Shown: positions 31,987 through 42,037 of the stretch, piece by piece
Position numbering within the stretch: position 1 is the stretch's first letter
How the letters are laid out: each line of letters opens with the position of its first letter
Assembly (NCBI GenBank): GCA_965216465.1
Contig: CBDCFW010000006.1
Coordinates: 96,001-160,000 of the forward strand
Length of the DNA: 64,000 nucleotides
Reading direction: 5' to 3'
Source: Bacteroidia bacterium
Lineage (GTDB): Bacteria > Bacteroidota > Bacteroidia > NS11-12g > UBA9320
Made by a program: the position numbers and the translations under genes
The notes under the pieces: model-generated
What the model was told of the DNA's origin: nothing
Databases searched by the model: none
Seen by the model: only the letters and a program-made list of their open reading frames with translations

Positions 31987-32988
31987 TTGGAGAACAAGCT
32001 TTCATACTTAACAGATCAATTCGGAAGAGTTCACGACTACTTAAGAATTTCGCTAACCGAACATTGCAACTTGCGATGCTTTTATTGTATGCCAGAAGAA
32101 GGATTAGCAATTCGCAACAAGGAGACTTATCTAACGGCCGATGAAATAATCAAAACTGCTAAGGCTCTAACTCAAATTGGTGTAAACAAAATTCGTTTGA
32201 CTGGCGGCGAACCTTTAATCCGTAAAGAGTTCAAAGAAATTACCCAAGAACTTGCTAAACTTCCAATTGAATTGGCCCTAACTACAAACGGAATTTTAGT
32301 ACACAAGTATATTGATTTCTTTAAGTCAATCGGACTCACCAACATTAATGTTAGCCTCGATTCACTTGATCCCGATAAAAACCTGCTTATAACCAAGAGG
32401 GATTATTTTAAGCAAATAAGAGAAAATATCGCATTGCTAGTCGAGAATGGCATCGTTCCAAAACTTAATGTGGTAGTGATGAGAAATATCAACGACGATG
32501 AAATTGTTGATTTTATTGAATTAAGTAAAATGTCTTCAATTGACGTTCGATTTATCGAATTTATGCCGTTCAATGGCAATAAATGGACATTAGATAAGTG
32601 CTTCTCTTATCAAGAAATCTTGGATGTAGTTCTAAATCATTATGGTCAAAATAGCTTTGAAGAAATTATTGCTGGACCACATAGCACGTCTCGAAATTTT
32701 AAAATCAAGAACTACCAAGGAAGTTTTGGAATTATCAGTTCTATAACCAAGCCTTTTTGTGAGGGATGCAATCGAATACGGCTAACGGCAGACGGAAAAC
32801 TTAAAAATTGCTTGTTCGCCAGTTCCGAGTTTGATGTGCTTACTCCTCTTCGCAATGGAGAATCAATTTTGCCTGTGCTTAAAGATTGCCTTAAAGACAA
32901 AAAAGCAGTTCGAGCAGGAATCGCTGCCGAAGACAAAAACATAGCCATGCTTGAAGAAAACAGAAGCATGATATCAATTGGCGGTTAG
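31987..32988 (+). CDS. moaA: GTP 3',8-cyclase MoaA
   Basis: CNLRCFYC radical-SAM motif, CEGCNR..C second cluster, C-terminal IGG; TTG start. Confidence 0.98.
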   Translation: MENKLSYLTDQFGRVHDYLRISLTEHCNLRCFYCMPEEGLAIRNKETYLTADEIIKTAKALTQIGVNKIRLTGGEPLIRKEFKEITQELAKLPIELALTTNGILVHKYIDFFKSIGLTNINVSLDSLDPDKNLLITKRDYFKQIRENIALLVENGIVPKLNVVVMRNINDDEIVDFIELSKMSSIDVRFIEFMPFNGNKWTLDKCFSYQEILDVVLNHYGQNSFEEIIAGPHSTSRNFKIKNYQGSFGIISSITKPFCEGCNRIRLTADGKLKNCLFASSEFDVLTPLRNGESILPVLKDCLKDKKAVRAGIAAEDKNIAMLEENRSMISIGG

Positions 32989-33069
32989 CACTTTAACATT
33001 CTTAAGGTGAATAACTATTAACTTCATTATGGCCTTTTTTAGGTCTGATTGATGTACTTTAGCTTTTAT

Positions 33070-35490
33070 ATGAAGCATTTTCTGTCTCTTTCATTAAGCA
33101 TTTTATTATCAATTTCTCTAGCCTTCGGTCAAGATGGACAAAACATTAAAGGACGAATTCTTGATGCAGATTCCAAGGCTCCTCTGATTGGTGCAACGGT
33201 TAAGGTAATGAGCGGTGGTGGTGCAATTACAGATGAAGAAGGCTTCTTCAAAGTTGCTAATCTTCAGGTAGGCCGATATACGCTAGAAATCACCTATTCA
33301 GGGTACGAGAGCTTAACTTTACCCAATATTGAGGTTACAAGCGGGAAAGAAACATTTCTCCCAATTGAACTAACTGAGCAGGCAACTGGATTAAAGACAA
33401 TTGTGGTTAGCAGCACCAAACGGATTGGCAGTTATAATGACATGGCAACCCTAAGTAGCCGGACTTTTAATGCGAAAGAAGCAGAACGTTATCCTGGGAG
33501 TAGACAAGATCCTGCAAGAATGGCGAGTAATTATGCAGGAGTTCAAGGCACGGATGACAGCCGGAATGATATCGTAGTTAGGGGCAACTCTCCGCTTGGT
33601 TTGCTTTGGAGATTTGAAGGAGTTGATATTCCAAACCCAAGTCACTTTTCTATCGCAGGATCAACAGGTGGACCATTGTCGATTTTAAACAATAAGGTAA
33701 TAGGACATTCTGATTTCATGACTGGGGCATTCCCAGGAGAATATGGTAATGCGTTAAGTGGAGTTTTTGATATTCGAATGCGGTCCGGAAATAGAGAAAA
33801 AAGAGAACATACGGCTCAAATAGGGGTCTTGGGTGTCGAACTTATGAGTGAAGGCCCTATTAATAAAGAAAAAGGAAGTAGCTACATTGCAACTTACAGG
33901 TATTCAACCTTTGCCGTATTTGAAGCAATAAACTTTCGCCTAGGTACAGATGCTGTGCCCAAATACCAAGATGCTTCGTTTAAATTGAACTTCCCTATGA
34001 AAAATAATAGCAACTTTTCTGTTTGGGGAATCGGAGGGTTGTCTGACATTGATATTGTTTTTAACGATGATACCGTACCAACAAATGACCTTTATGGCGA
34101 AAATGACAGAGACCAGTACTTTACTACCAATATGTTTACGGTTGGAGCCACTTACAATCGCTATTTCAAAAATGATTGGTCGAGTAAGTTGATAATCGCT
34201 CAATCGGGTCAAGAAATTACAGCAGACCACGACTTCATTATTTGGGATTCGGCATCAGCAGTTCAAGGAATTTTAAAATTAGACAGTTTGTATCCTGTAC
34301 TTCGGTCTAGAATGTATGAAGGAAAAACCGCTTTGCATTGGGCTTTAAATAAAAAATTCAGTGCAAGAAGTCGTTTAAAAATGGGCGTAATGGCAGACCT
34401 TTTTCAGGTAAATTATATCGACAGTTCAACAAACGAATATGTAGAAGATTGGAAAACAAAACTCGATGCTAAAGACCAAAGCCTTATGCTACGTTTGTAT
34501 GCATCCCACAAATATCGGCTCATGTCTAATTTAACCATGAATAGCGGTTTGCACATTCTTCATTACGACCAATCAGACCAAATTAGTATTGAACCGCGAT
34601 TGGGCTTCAAACTAACACTGAATGACAAGTCAAGTGCATCAATCGGCTATGGATTACATAGCAGAATGCAGCCGATGTATGTGTACTATTATCGTTTTCA
34701 AGACACATCACGCAACGGAGCAAATTCAACCTTCGATGCACACAATAACAATATTGGCTTAACCAAAAGTCATCACATCATTGGTGCATTTGACCACTCG
34801 ATCAACAAAACACTACGCTTAAAAATCGAAGCGTATTACCAATACCTTTATGAAATTCCTGTTGAGCAAAGAGGAGGATCATTTAGTTTGATTAATCAAG
34901 GTAGTGGCTTTACCCGTTTCTTCCCAGATGTTCTTGAAAATACTGGAACGGGTCAAAACTATGGAACCGAAATAACGGTAGAGAAATTCTTCAGCCAAAA
35001 ATTCTTCTTCCTTGCCAGTGGGTCTTTATTTAACTCTGTATACAAAGGCAAAGATGGAATTAGCCGTAATACAGACTTCAACGGGAATTACATCGTAAAC
35101 ATTCTTGGCGGATACGAAAAACCAATCGGAAAATCTCAGAAAAACGCCATTACAATAGGATCTAAAGTAACTTATGGTGGAGGTCGCAGATATTCTCCGG
35201 TAGATAGTGCTGCTACCGCCAACGATGGCATTTATGTCCATTTTGTCGACTCAGAAAGAAACTCACTTCAATTTCCCAATTATTTTAGATGGGACATAAA
35301 ACTCGGTTTAAAAATTAACGGTGATAAAGCTACCCATGAACTGGCAATTGATCTTCTAAATGTGACCAATCATGAGAATTTACTAACCGTCGTGTTCGCA
35401 AATGATCCAGACAATCCGGGAAGCAAAAGATTAATCGAACAACCTCAACTGGCTTTCTTGCCACTGCTATATTACAAGGTTGATTTCTAA
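33070..35490 (+). CDS. TonB-dependent receptor with CarboxypepD_reg-like N-domain
   Basis: Signal peptide, DPARMASNYAGV..RNDIVVRGNSP plug, C-terminal YKVDF. Start ATG 33070 after TACTTTAG. Confidence 0.9.
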   Translation: MKHFLSLSLSILLSISLAFGQDGQNIKGRILDADSKAPLIGATVKVMSGGGAITDEEGFFKVANLQVGRYTLEITYSGYESLTLPNIEVTSGKETFLPIELTEQATGLKTIVVSSTKRIGSYNDMATLSSRTFNAKEAERYPGSRQDPARMASNYAGVQGTDDSRNDIVVRGNSPLGLLWRFEGVDIPNPSHFSIAGSTGGPLSILNNKVIGHSDFMTGAFPGEYGNALSGVFDIRMRSGNREKREHTAQIGVLGVELMSEGPINKEKGSSYIATYRYSTFAVFEAINFRLGTDAVPKYQDASFKLNFPMKNNSNFSVWGIGGLSDIDIVFNDDTVPTNDLYGENDRDQYFTTNMFTVGATYNRYFKNDWSSKLIIAQSGQEITADHDFIIWDSASAVQGILKLDSLYPVLRSRMYEGKTALHWALNKKFSARSRLKMGVMADLFQVNYIDSSTNEYVEDWKTKLDAKDQSLMLRLYASHKYRLMSNLTMNSGLHILHYDQSDQISIEPRLGFKLTLNDKSSASIGYGLHSRMQPMYVYYYRFQDTSRNGANSTFDAHNNNIGLTKSHHIIGAFDHSINKTLRLKIEAYYQYLYEIPVEQRGGSFSLINQGSGFTRFFPDVLENTGTGQNYGTEITVEKFFSQKFFFLASGSLFNSVYKGKDGISRNTDFNGNYIVNILGGYEKPIGKSQKNAITIGSKVTYGGGRRYSPVDSAATANDGIYVHFVDSERNSLQFPNYFRWDIKLGLKINGDKATHELAIDLLNVTNHENLLTVVFANDPDNPGSKRLIEQPQLAFLPLLYYKVDF

Positions 35491-36214
35491 TAAATTTCTG
35501 GTCATTGTGGCACTGAGCTTATGCTTTTTAGGCTGCCAACAAAATACTAATACTTGGTCTAAACAACTGTTTAAAAATGACAAGTTGGTTATTGATATTG
35601 CTTACGAATCGAAGGCCGCTCCCTACAAAAACTATGGTGACACACTCGCCAGTGTATTTACAATCACCAGTTTAAATGAGCTGCTTAAAAATCATGAAAT
35701 AAAAGTACAATATCCGTCGGATTCGGCGATGATAAACCTAGATTGGATTACGGAACGGAACTACACCAAATCAGACATTAAAAATTTGGCCAACCGAATT
35801 GTTAATCGACCTCCCCAAGTGTCTCAGATTAAATTGTTGTTTCTTAATGGGTATTACACCCAAGAAAACAGGGTGCAAAAAGATGTTTTGGGAATTAATA
35901 TTGACAACACTTCGATCGTAGCAATATTTAAACCTGTAGTACAAACATCGTCTCAAAACAGACAAATTAGAACTTTGATAGAGCAATGTACCATAACCCA
36001 CGAAATTGGCCATGCAATAGGCTTGGTAAACACTAAGATTAAAGAACAGAGCAAACATTCTATAATTAAAAATGGTGCCCATTGCACAAATTCTAACTGT
36101 GTTATGTACTGGCAAAACAATGAGGCTGCTGTGCTAAACTTCATTCGTCAAGATAATAGGTCACCTTTTAATCTCTTTGGTGAACAATGTATGATAGATG
36201 TTAAAGAAAAATAA
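35480..36214 (+). CDS. Zinc metalloprotease lipoprotein (archaemetzincin-like)
   Basis: Lipobox FLGC; HEIGHAIGL, then HCTNSNCVMYW and a C-terminal Cys. Confidence 0.8.
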   Translation: MISNKFLVIVALSLCFLGCQQNTNTWSKQLFKNDKLVIDIAYESKAAPYKNYGDTLASVFTITSLNELLKNHEIKVQYPSDSAMINLDWITERNYTKSDIKNLANRIVNRPPQVSQIKLLFLNGYYTQENRVQKDVLGINIDNTSIVAIFKPVVQTSSQNRQIRTLIEQCTITHEIGHAIGLVNTKIKEQSKHSIIKNGAHCTNSNCVMYWQNNEAAVLNFIRQDNRSPFNLFGEQCMIDVKEK

Positions 36215-36239
36215 GGATATATTTGACTCTATAATTACT

Positions 36240-38384
36240 ATGAATAAAACATTACTTCCCCTTTTACTCTTCGTCACCACAACAACCCTAGGTCAGACGA
36301 TTGAAAACTTTGACAGATTGGTATCAAAAGGTCCAATTCCTGCATTATTTACAGATTATCTTGAATCGAAGATTGAGGATGACAACAAGAAAATGGAAGG
36401 TGACAAGACCATTTCACGTGAGAACGCCAAAGATTTTGCGGCAATCACTAATTACAAATTACAACAGTTGATTCAAGGTGGAAGAGTCTTGTATGGCGAT
36501 CCGCTAACCGAATACGCAAATCGAGTTTTTGACAAGTTAGCCGAAGCGAGTGATGAAGACCTTAGTGATATAGAAATTTACACCTTAAAATCGAATGAAG
36601 TTAATGCCTTTGCAACACACCAAGGGGTGATTTTTATTACCGTCGGTTTATTTGGTCAAATTGAGAATGAGGCTCAGCTTGCTTACATTTTAGCTCATGA
36701 AGCTAGTCATGTTAGTGAAAAACATAATCAGCTTACCTACCAGCATACTAGTGACTTGGTTCGCAAGGGAAGATATGGAGATGGAAGTATTTCAGAATAC
36801 TATCGTTATTCTAAAGACAACGAAGAGGAAGCAGATTCAAAGGGATTTAGGCTAGCTCTAAAAGCTGGTTACGATGCGAATGAAATTTTCAATTCGTTCA
36901 ATGTTCTTTTGTATTCTTACCTACCAATCGATGAAAAAGAAGTAGATTTTTCATGGCTTGAAACAGACTATTTTAAAATAGTTGAAAAGTACTACTTAGA
37001 AGAAGTAAAAGATATTGTACCAGAAGAGGATGTCGATGACCAGTTTCACACTCATCCAAACATTAGTACAAGAAAAGATAACGTAAGTGCATTGCATCGA
37101 GCAAACAAAGACAAAGAGGGGGAAATTTATATAGCAGGAACCGAAGAAGAGTTCAAAACAACTCGAACCTTAGCTCGCTTTGAAATGATGAATATCTTTA
37201 TTCGTCAAGGGGAATTTATCGACGGGTTATACCACAATCTAATTTTGAGCGAATCTCACCCCAATAATGAATACTTAGCAAAAACCCGTGCTATGACATG
37301 GTATGGGAACATTGCTCACAATAACAGTTCGAACGGCACAGTTTTCAGCACAAATTACCGAAAGAAAGAAGGAGAAATACAACGCTTGTATTACTTCTTC
37401 AATAAGCTAAAAGATAAAGACCTTTCGGTGCTTGCGGTAAAACAAATTTGGGAGGAAAGCTTGAATCGACCAGATGACGAATTCCTTAAGCGTATTCGAC
37501 AAGAAGCACTTGAAGAGTTCTTACTTTTTGATGACCATGAACTAAAGTTCTTTGCAAGCGAGCCTCCAAAGAAAGCAGCGATCGATACATCTGAAAAGAA
37601 AGAGCTTAGCAAGTATGACAAAATCGCTAAAAAAAGGAAGTCTAAAACTACCACAGGTCTTACTTACTATGCATTAATGGACCTCCTCGCTAACAATGAG
37701 TTTTTGGAAGCATATGATTTAGCTAAAGAAACAGTTAACGATGAAGAAGAAGAGAAGGAAGAAATTGAAGCTTATTACAAGCCTCAAGAGATTAATTTAG
37801 ACATTACTAACCTAATTATGGTCGCTCCAAATTTCTATAAGTCGGACGACCGAAAATCGGTAAATAAACTAGTTAGCAAGAATGATCTAAATGAAACGAA
37901 ACTAATTGAACTGGTTGAAGAAAATGCAGATCAACTTGGCATCAAACTTAACTATATAGACAACTTTAAAGATCCAAATTTTGACACCGAAGCATACAAT
38001 GAATTTAGTTTGTTGTTTGACTACTTAGGTGAACGAGCTAAATATTCGGATTTTGATTATTATCCGTACTATGCCCAATATATTCCAGAAATCACTTCAA
38101 AATATGGTTCAAAACATATTGGCGTGCTTGGCATATTTACTGAAATAGAAAAAAGAGAATTTAATGGCCAAGCTATGGTTCTTTCAATGTTTACACTATA
38201 CTTATTCCCGGTTTATCTTAAATGGCAACTTACACCAGATAAGTACACAGATTACGGTTTTTATATTTACAATTTAGAAACTCATAATCCTTCTTTTATA
38301 AGCAATAAGTCGTTCAATGCTAATATGAACATCCATTTACAAAACGCTCATATTTACAACTCATTAAATCAAATCACGAAATAA
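36240..38384 (+). CDS. M48 family metallopeptidase with long C-terminal extension
   Basis: Signal peptide from MNKTLL; VNAFA, EAQLAYILAHEASH, EEEAD, THP; TATATTTG at 36218-36225. Confidence 0.9.
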   Translation: MNKTLLPLLLFVTTTTLGQTIENFDRLVSKGPIPALFTDYLESKIEDDNKKMEGDKTISRENAKDFAAITNYKLQQLIQGGRVLYGDPLTEYANRVFDKLAEASDEDLSDIEIYTLKSNEVNAFATHQGVIFITVGLFGQIENEAQLAYILAHEASHVSEKHNQLTYQHTSDLVRKGRYGDGSISEYYRYSKDNEEEADSKGFRLALKAGYDANEIFNSFNVLLYSYLPIDEKEVDFSWLETDYFKIVEKYYLEEVKDIVPEEDVDDQFHTHPNISTRKDNVSALHRANKDKEGEIYIAGTEEEFKTTRTLARFEMMNIFIRQGEFIDGLYHNLILSESHPNNEYLAKTRAMTWYGNIAHNNSSNGTVFSTNYRKKEGEIQRLYYFFNKLKDKDLSVLAVKQIWEESLNRPDDEFLKRIRQEALEEFLLFDDHELKFFASEPPKKAAIDTSEKKELSKYDKIAKKRKSKTTTGLTYYALMDLLANNEFLEAYDLAKETVNDEEEEKEEIEAYYKPQEINLDITNLIMVAPNFYKSDDRKSVNKLVSKNDLNETKLIELVEENADQLGIKLNYIDNFKDPNFDTEAYNEFSLLFDYLGERAKYSDFDYYPYYAQYIPEITSKYGSKHIGVLGIFTEIEKREFNGQAMVLSMFTLYLFPVYLKWQLTPDKYTDYGFYIYNLETHNPSFISNKSFNANMNIHLQNAHIYNSLNQITK

Positions 38385-38385
38385 T

Positions 38386-39183
38386 ATGAGAACTTTAACC
38401 ATTGCACTTTTAATGATCTTAAGTTTGAGTTCTTTTGGTCAATTAGTAGATTTTAAAGAAAAAAACTCATTTTATCTCGGATATAGGGGAGCACTATCTT
38501 TTGGTCTCGTTAATCAGGTTGGTAGCATCCCAATGTTTAGCCCATCCGAACGTGACGGTTTGAACATACATTATAACGTTCACCCACGACTCGATTACAT
38601 ATTCGCATTAACAAACTCTCTAAGTCTCAAAGCTCATGCCAGTGTTGGAATGACTTCAAGATACAAAGATCACTCTGGACGTGCGGAAAGCTTCGAAAAC
38701 AATTTTTCTTATCAATATGAAACTGGCAAACCGAGATATGTTCATAGTAAAGTCGGTTTGCAAATAAATTGGTTTCTTTATGGAAAAGGTTCTATTGCTC
38801 CTGTTGGCTCATATATAGGTCTGGGCTTTGCTCGAAGATTTACTACAGGGTTTCATAAAGACATGACCCTAGCAACAAACAGTTATTTAAGCAACCCCGT
38901 ACCTGATGATGTAGTAGACATTTCTAACTATCAGTTTGCTGCCGTGACCAATCGCATAAACCTCCAATTCGGGTCTCGTGAAATGATTACTAGAAAAGTG
39001 TTTTATGACTTGTGTTTAGACATTGGGTTTAATTATCAACCCGTTTCGGAATACCTCGATTATGAGTCAAACGCAACAACTCAAGAAAACATATTGGATT
39101 TACTGGAAGAAAGGTGGTACGAATCACACCGATTTAAGGATGTGGCAACAATAAATGTTGGAATTGGTTGCTTTATTCATTAA
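38386..39183 (+). CDS. Exported beta-barrel-like hypothetical protein, paralog A
   Basis: Signal peptide, amphipathic strands, motif-level similarity to the next gene. Confidence 0.7.
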   Translation: MRTLTIALLMILSLSSFGQLVDFKEKNSFYLGYRGALSFGLVNQVGSIPMFSPSERDGLNIHYNVHPRLDYIFALTNSLSLKAHASVGMTSRYKDHSGRAESFENNFSYQYETGKPRYVHSKVGLQINWFLYGKGSIAPVGSYIGLGFARRFTTGFHKDMTLATNSYLSNPVPDDVVDISNYQFAAVTNRINLQFGSREMITRKVFYDLCLDIGFNYQPVSEYLDYESNATTQENILDLLEERWYESHRFKDVATINVGIGCFIH

Positions 39184-39217
39184 GCCCGAATGCATCACCT
39201 ATGCAAACAAAAATGCT

Positions 39218-40075
39218 ATGAATCTTAAAGAGAATTTAAAATACTTCTGTCCAATTCTTTCTAAGAATATAAAGGCGATAACGCTAGCAACTATCCTCTT
39301 GTTAAATCTTCCCTTATTTGGACAAATGGTTGGGGTTAAAGAAAAAAACTCGTTCTACCTGGGCTACAGAGGTGCAATTTCAGTAGGTCTAGTAAATCAG
39401 CTTAGTGGGCAACCTAGGTCTAGTACCACACAAGAGAAAGACAGCAAATTGCATTTCAACTCTTACCCAAGATTAGACTACAATTTTGCCTTAACCAATA
39501 GGTTTAGTGTGCAAGCTCATTTCAGTGCAGCTAAGGTCTCCAGATACAACTCGACCAACTATTATGCATGGTATGATGGAGTCGAACTTCCCTGGTACCA
39601 ATATGAAATAGGACGACCTAAATATTCGGATCTTAAATACGGCGTACAGTTTAATTATTTCTTCAAAAGGTTAGCATCAATTGCTCCCGTTGGTACATAT
39701 GTCGGTGTGGGCTTTTCACAAAGGACAACAAAAGGAAGTCATCAAGCTATGCAATTAATGACCAATCATCACTATAATGGTAGATCTGTTGACCCTATAT
39801 TAGACCTTTCGGGATATGATATTAAAATGAACAATATCAGGATGAATTTTCAAGTTGGTACACGTGAATTGATTGGGGAAAGACTTTATTACGACTATAC
39901 GATTGATTTAGGTTTCACAGTGCATAATTCACTGTATACAAATACAAGTATTTATGAGATTCCAGAAACTCTTGAAGAAGGAATAAAAGACATGCTTGAA
40001 GACAGAATGGATGATTCTTATAAGTTTAGAGACGTTTTCACCTTCAACTTGGGCCTTGGTTATATCTTACACTAA
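39218..40075 (+). CDS. Exported beta-barrel-like hypothetical protein, paralog B
   Basis: Shares KEKNSFYLGYRGA, PRLDY.FALTN and SIAPVG.Y.G.GF with the upstream gene; ends FNLGLGYILH. Start uncertain. Confidence 0.7.
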   Translation: MNLKENLKYFCPILSKNIKAITLATILLLNLPLFGQMVGVKEKNSFYLGYRGAISVGLVNQLSGQPRSSTTQEKDSKLHFNSYPRLDYNFALTNRFSVQAHFSAAKVSRYNSTNYYAWYDGVELPWYQYEIGRPKYSDLKYGVQFNYFFKRLASIAPVGTYVGVGFSQRTTKGSHQAMQLMTNHHYNGRSVDPILDLSGYDIKMNNIRMNFQVGTRELIGERLYYDYTIDLGFTVHNSLYTNTSIYEIPETLEEGIKDMLEDRMDDSYKFRDVFTFNLGLGYILH

Positions 40076-40828
40076 CTACCACTCCTTCTCTTCATACTCT
40101 CGTTTACAACGAATAATCTCGTAATAAAGCGTCAAGGCATCAACTTGATTGATATAACTCTGATGAAAACTACAAAAATCTAAGAAGCGTTCTAACTCAT
40201 CTTCTTCATACTCCGTTAGGGTTTTCACGACCACATCGTCAAACTTTCTCCCTGCAATGGAGTCTCTTCGGTTTTGTGCAAGCAGCTCCCGGTATTTCTG
40301 CCGTTCTTTTCCCGCCTTACTGTATCGTTCGTATAAATATGTAACCGGGCTTCCAAGAACAGCACCTCCTTGAGCACTACGATCAAGACCTATCAATTCC
40401 ATCTTCATTTCAATAATCTTCAATTTCTCTTTAACCTTTTCTTCATCAGATTTTCCCAAATCATTGGTTACAAACTTATTATCGAAGAAAACACGTGGCC
40501 CTAAAACCGAAAACTTAAACTCTTGAATTGTGTAAATACGAGGCGACAAATAGAATTTTACAGTGTCTTGATCAACATAGTCACCCGGACGAATAATAAG
40601 CGTATCGTAGGTCAAGTGGCTTACTGTTATTCGGTCACCTACATCATACCTAATCTCTACATAACCTTCAATATTGGTTAGTCTAGACTCATCATTTCCA
40701 TTAGTCACCTTAGCGTAGATAATCTTCTCACCATTCGTTACTGAACGGAACTGTGCCTTAAACATTCTGGTTTGTCCAAGACTAACTTGAAACAACCCTA
40801 GCACTATGAATATGAAGAGACCTCTCAC
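40076..40828 (-). CDS. Exported protein with CarboxypepD_reg-like N-domain
   Basis: Signal peptide, TNIEGY..VGDRITVSHLTY, GSPVTYLYERYSKAGKE. Confidence 0.7.
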   Translation of the reverse strand: MRGLFIFIVLGLFQVSLGQTRMFKAQFRSVTNGEKIIYAKVTNGNDESRLTNIEGYVEIRYDVGDRITVSHLTYDTLIIRPGDYVDQDTVKFYLSPRIYTIQEFKFSVLGPRVFFDNKFVTNDLGKSDEEKVKEKLKIIEMKMELIGLDRSAQGGAVLGSPVTYLYERYSKAGKERQKYRELLAQNRRDSIAGRKFDDVVVKTLTEYEEDELERFLDFCSFHQSYINQVDALTLYYEIIRCKREYEEKEW

Positions 40829-40883
40829 TTTTGGTTATAAACGTACAAATCAAGCAAATAGTTACTTTAATTTGTAACTAATT

Positions 40884-41279
40884 ATGCAAAGATTACTTTT
40901 AATTTTAAGTATCGCTGTTCTTGCAGCAAATGGTTATTCTCAAAATATTAGACCATCAAAAATTGAACCAGATTCCAGCACCTTCGAAAATATTTATGTA
41001 AAGAAGTACGCTGAAGATAAAAACCAAAGCACGTTTATAATCTGGATTAAAAACGAAGTGAAGCCTCATTACCATAAATCTCACACAGAGTATGTTCAAA
41101 TTATATCGGGTAAAGGAGTCATGAAACTTAACGATCAGACGTTTAAGGTTAAAAAAGGAGACGCACTGTACATCAAACCAGGCAGCATTCATTCAGTACT
41201 TACGACATCAAGAAAACCACTTAAAGTTGTATCGGTTCAGGCACCAAAATTTGATGGAGATCGCATTATGGTGAAGTGA
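40884..41279 (+). CDS. Exported cupin-domain protein
   Basis: Signal peptide; PHYHKSHTE..I.SGKG and GD..YIKPGSIH cupin motifs. Confidence 0.88.
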   Translation: MQRLLLILSIAVLAANGYSQNIRPSKIEPDSSTFENIYVKKYAEDKNQSTFIIWIKNEVKPHYHKSHTEYVQIISGKGVMKLNDQTFKVKKGDALYIKPGSIHSVLTTSRKPLKVVSVQAPKFDGDRIMVK

Positions 41280-41292
41280 TTATCTTTGAAAT

Positions 41293-41682
41293 ATGACCTC
41301 TAACTCAAAATTACTTGTAGGCATCTTGTCCTTTATTCCATTTACAGGGTTAATTGTGTACCTTGTTTATTTCTTCTCATTTTTCTTTGGGGCTATTCTT
41401 CATGAGGAACCTCCTGCAGGTGACCCTGGTGAATTTGTTTTACAGTTTATTCCTCTTTTTATTATTCTAGGAATAACCAGTGTGGTCGGTCTTGGGATGT
41501 TTATCTACTTATTAATTTGTGCCATAAAAGATGTTTCCGCAACAGAAAACGACAAGATTCTTTGGATACTGCTCATCGTCTTTCTATCGTACCTAATCTT
41601 TCCGTTTTACTGGTACTTCAGAATTTGGAAAAATCCGGACTTCTCATTGAATAACTCCGTTAAAACCGATTACACCAATTAA
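41293..41682 (+). CDS. Small membrane protein (PLDc_N-like C-terminal hairpin)
   Basis: Three hydrophobic segments, KILWILLIVF..FPFYWYF; TATCTTTG 4 nt before the ATG. Confidence 0.65.
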   Translation: MTSNSKLLVGILSFIPFTGLIVYLVYFFSFFFGAILHEEPPAGDPGEFVLQFIPLFIILGITSVVGLGMFIYLLICAIKDVSATENDKILWILLIVFLSYLIFPFYWYFRIWKNPDFSLNNSVKTDYTN

Positions 41683-42016
41683 CATAATAGACTACATATA
41701 CAATCAAAAAGGAAGTCAGCACGAGCTTTTCTTATTGTTACACAGCTTTATTGCCGAATACGAAGAATTAAAGCCTACAATCAAATATTCAATTCCATTC
41801 TATGTTCAAAACAAGCCAATTTGTTATATCAATCCACAAAAACCAATAGGTGTTGAGGTTGTTTTTTGGAAAGCAAAGGAAATGTCAATTGGTTCGGTAC
41901 TTGATTACAAAAAGAGGAAATGGTTTGGTGGAGTGACTTATAGAACTGTAAACGACATTGATTTCGAACTTCTAGACAAGCTAATTCGTGAAGGAATTGT
42001 ACTAGACAAAAAATAA
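41678..42016 (+). CDS. DUF1801 (YdhG-like) protein; start uncertain
   Basis: IKYSIPFY..KPICYIN motif. The frame stays open upstream of TTG 41735 and reads INIIDYIYNQ, which fits the family N-terminus. Confidence 0.7.
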   Translation: MNIIDYIYNQKGSQHELFLLLHSFIAEYEELKPTIKYSIPFYVQNKPICYINPQKPIGVEVVFWKAKEMSIGSVLDYKKRKWFGGVTYRTVNDIDFELLDKLIREGIVLDKK

Positions 42017-42037
42017 AACCTAATGTAAATTTGCCTT

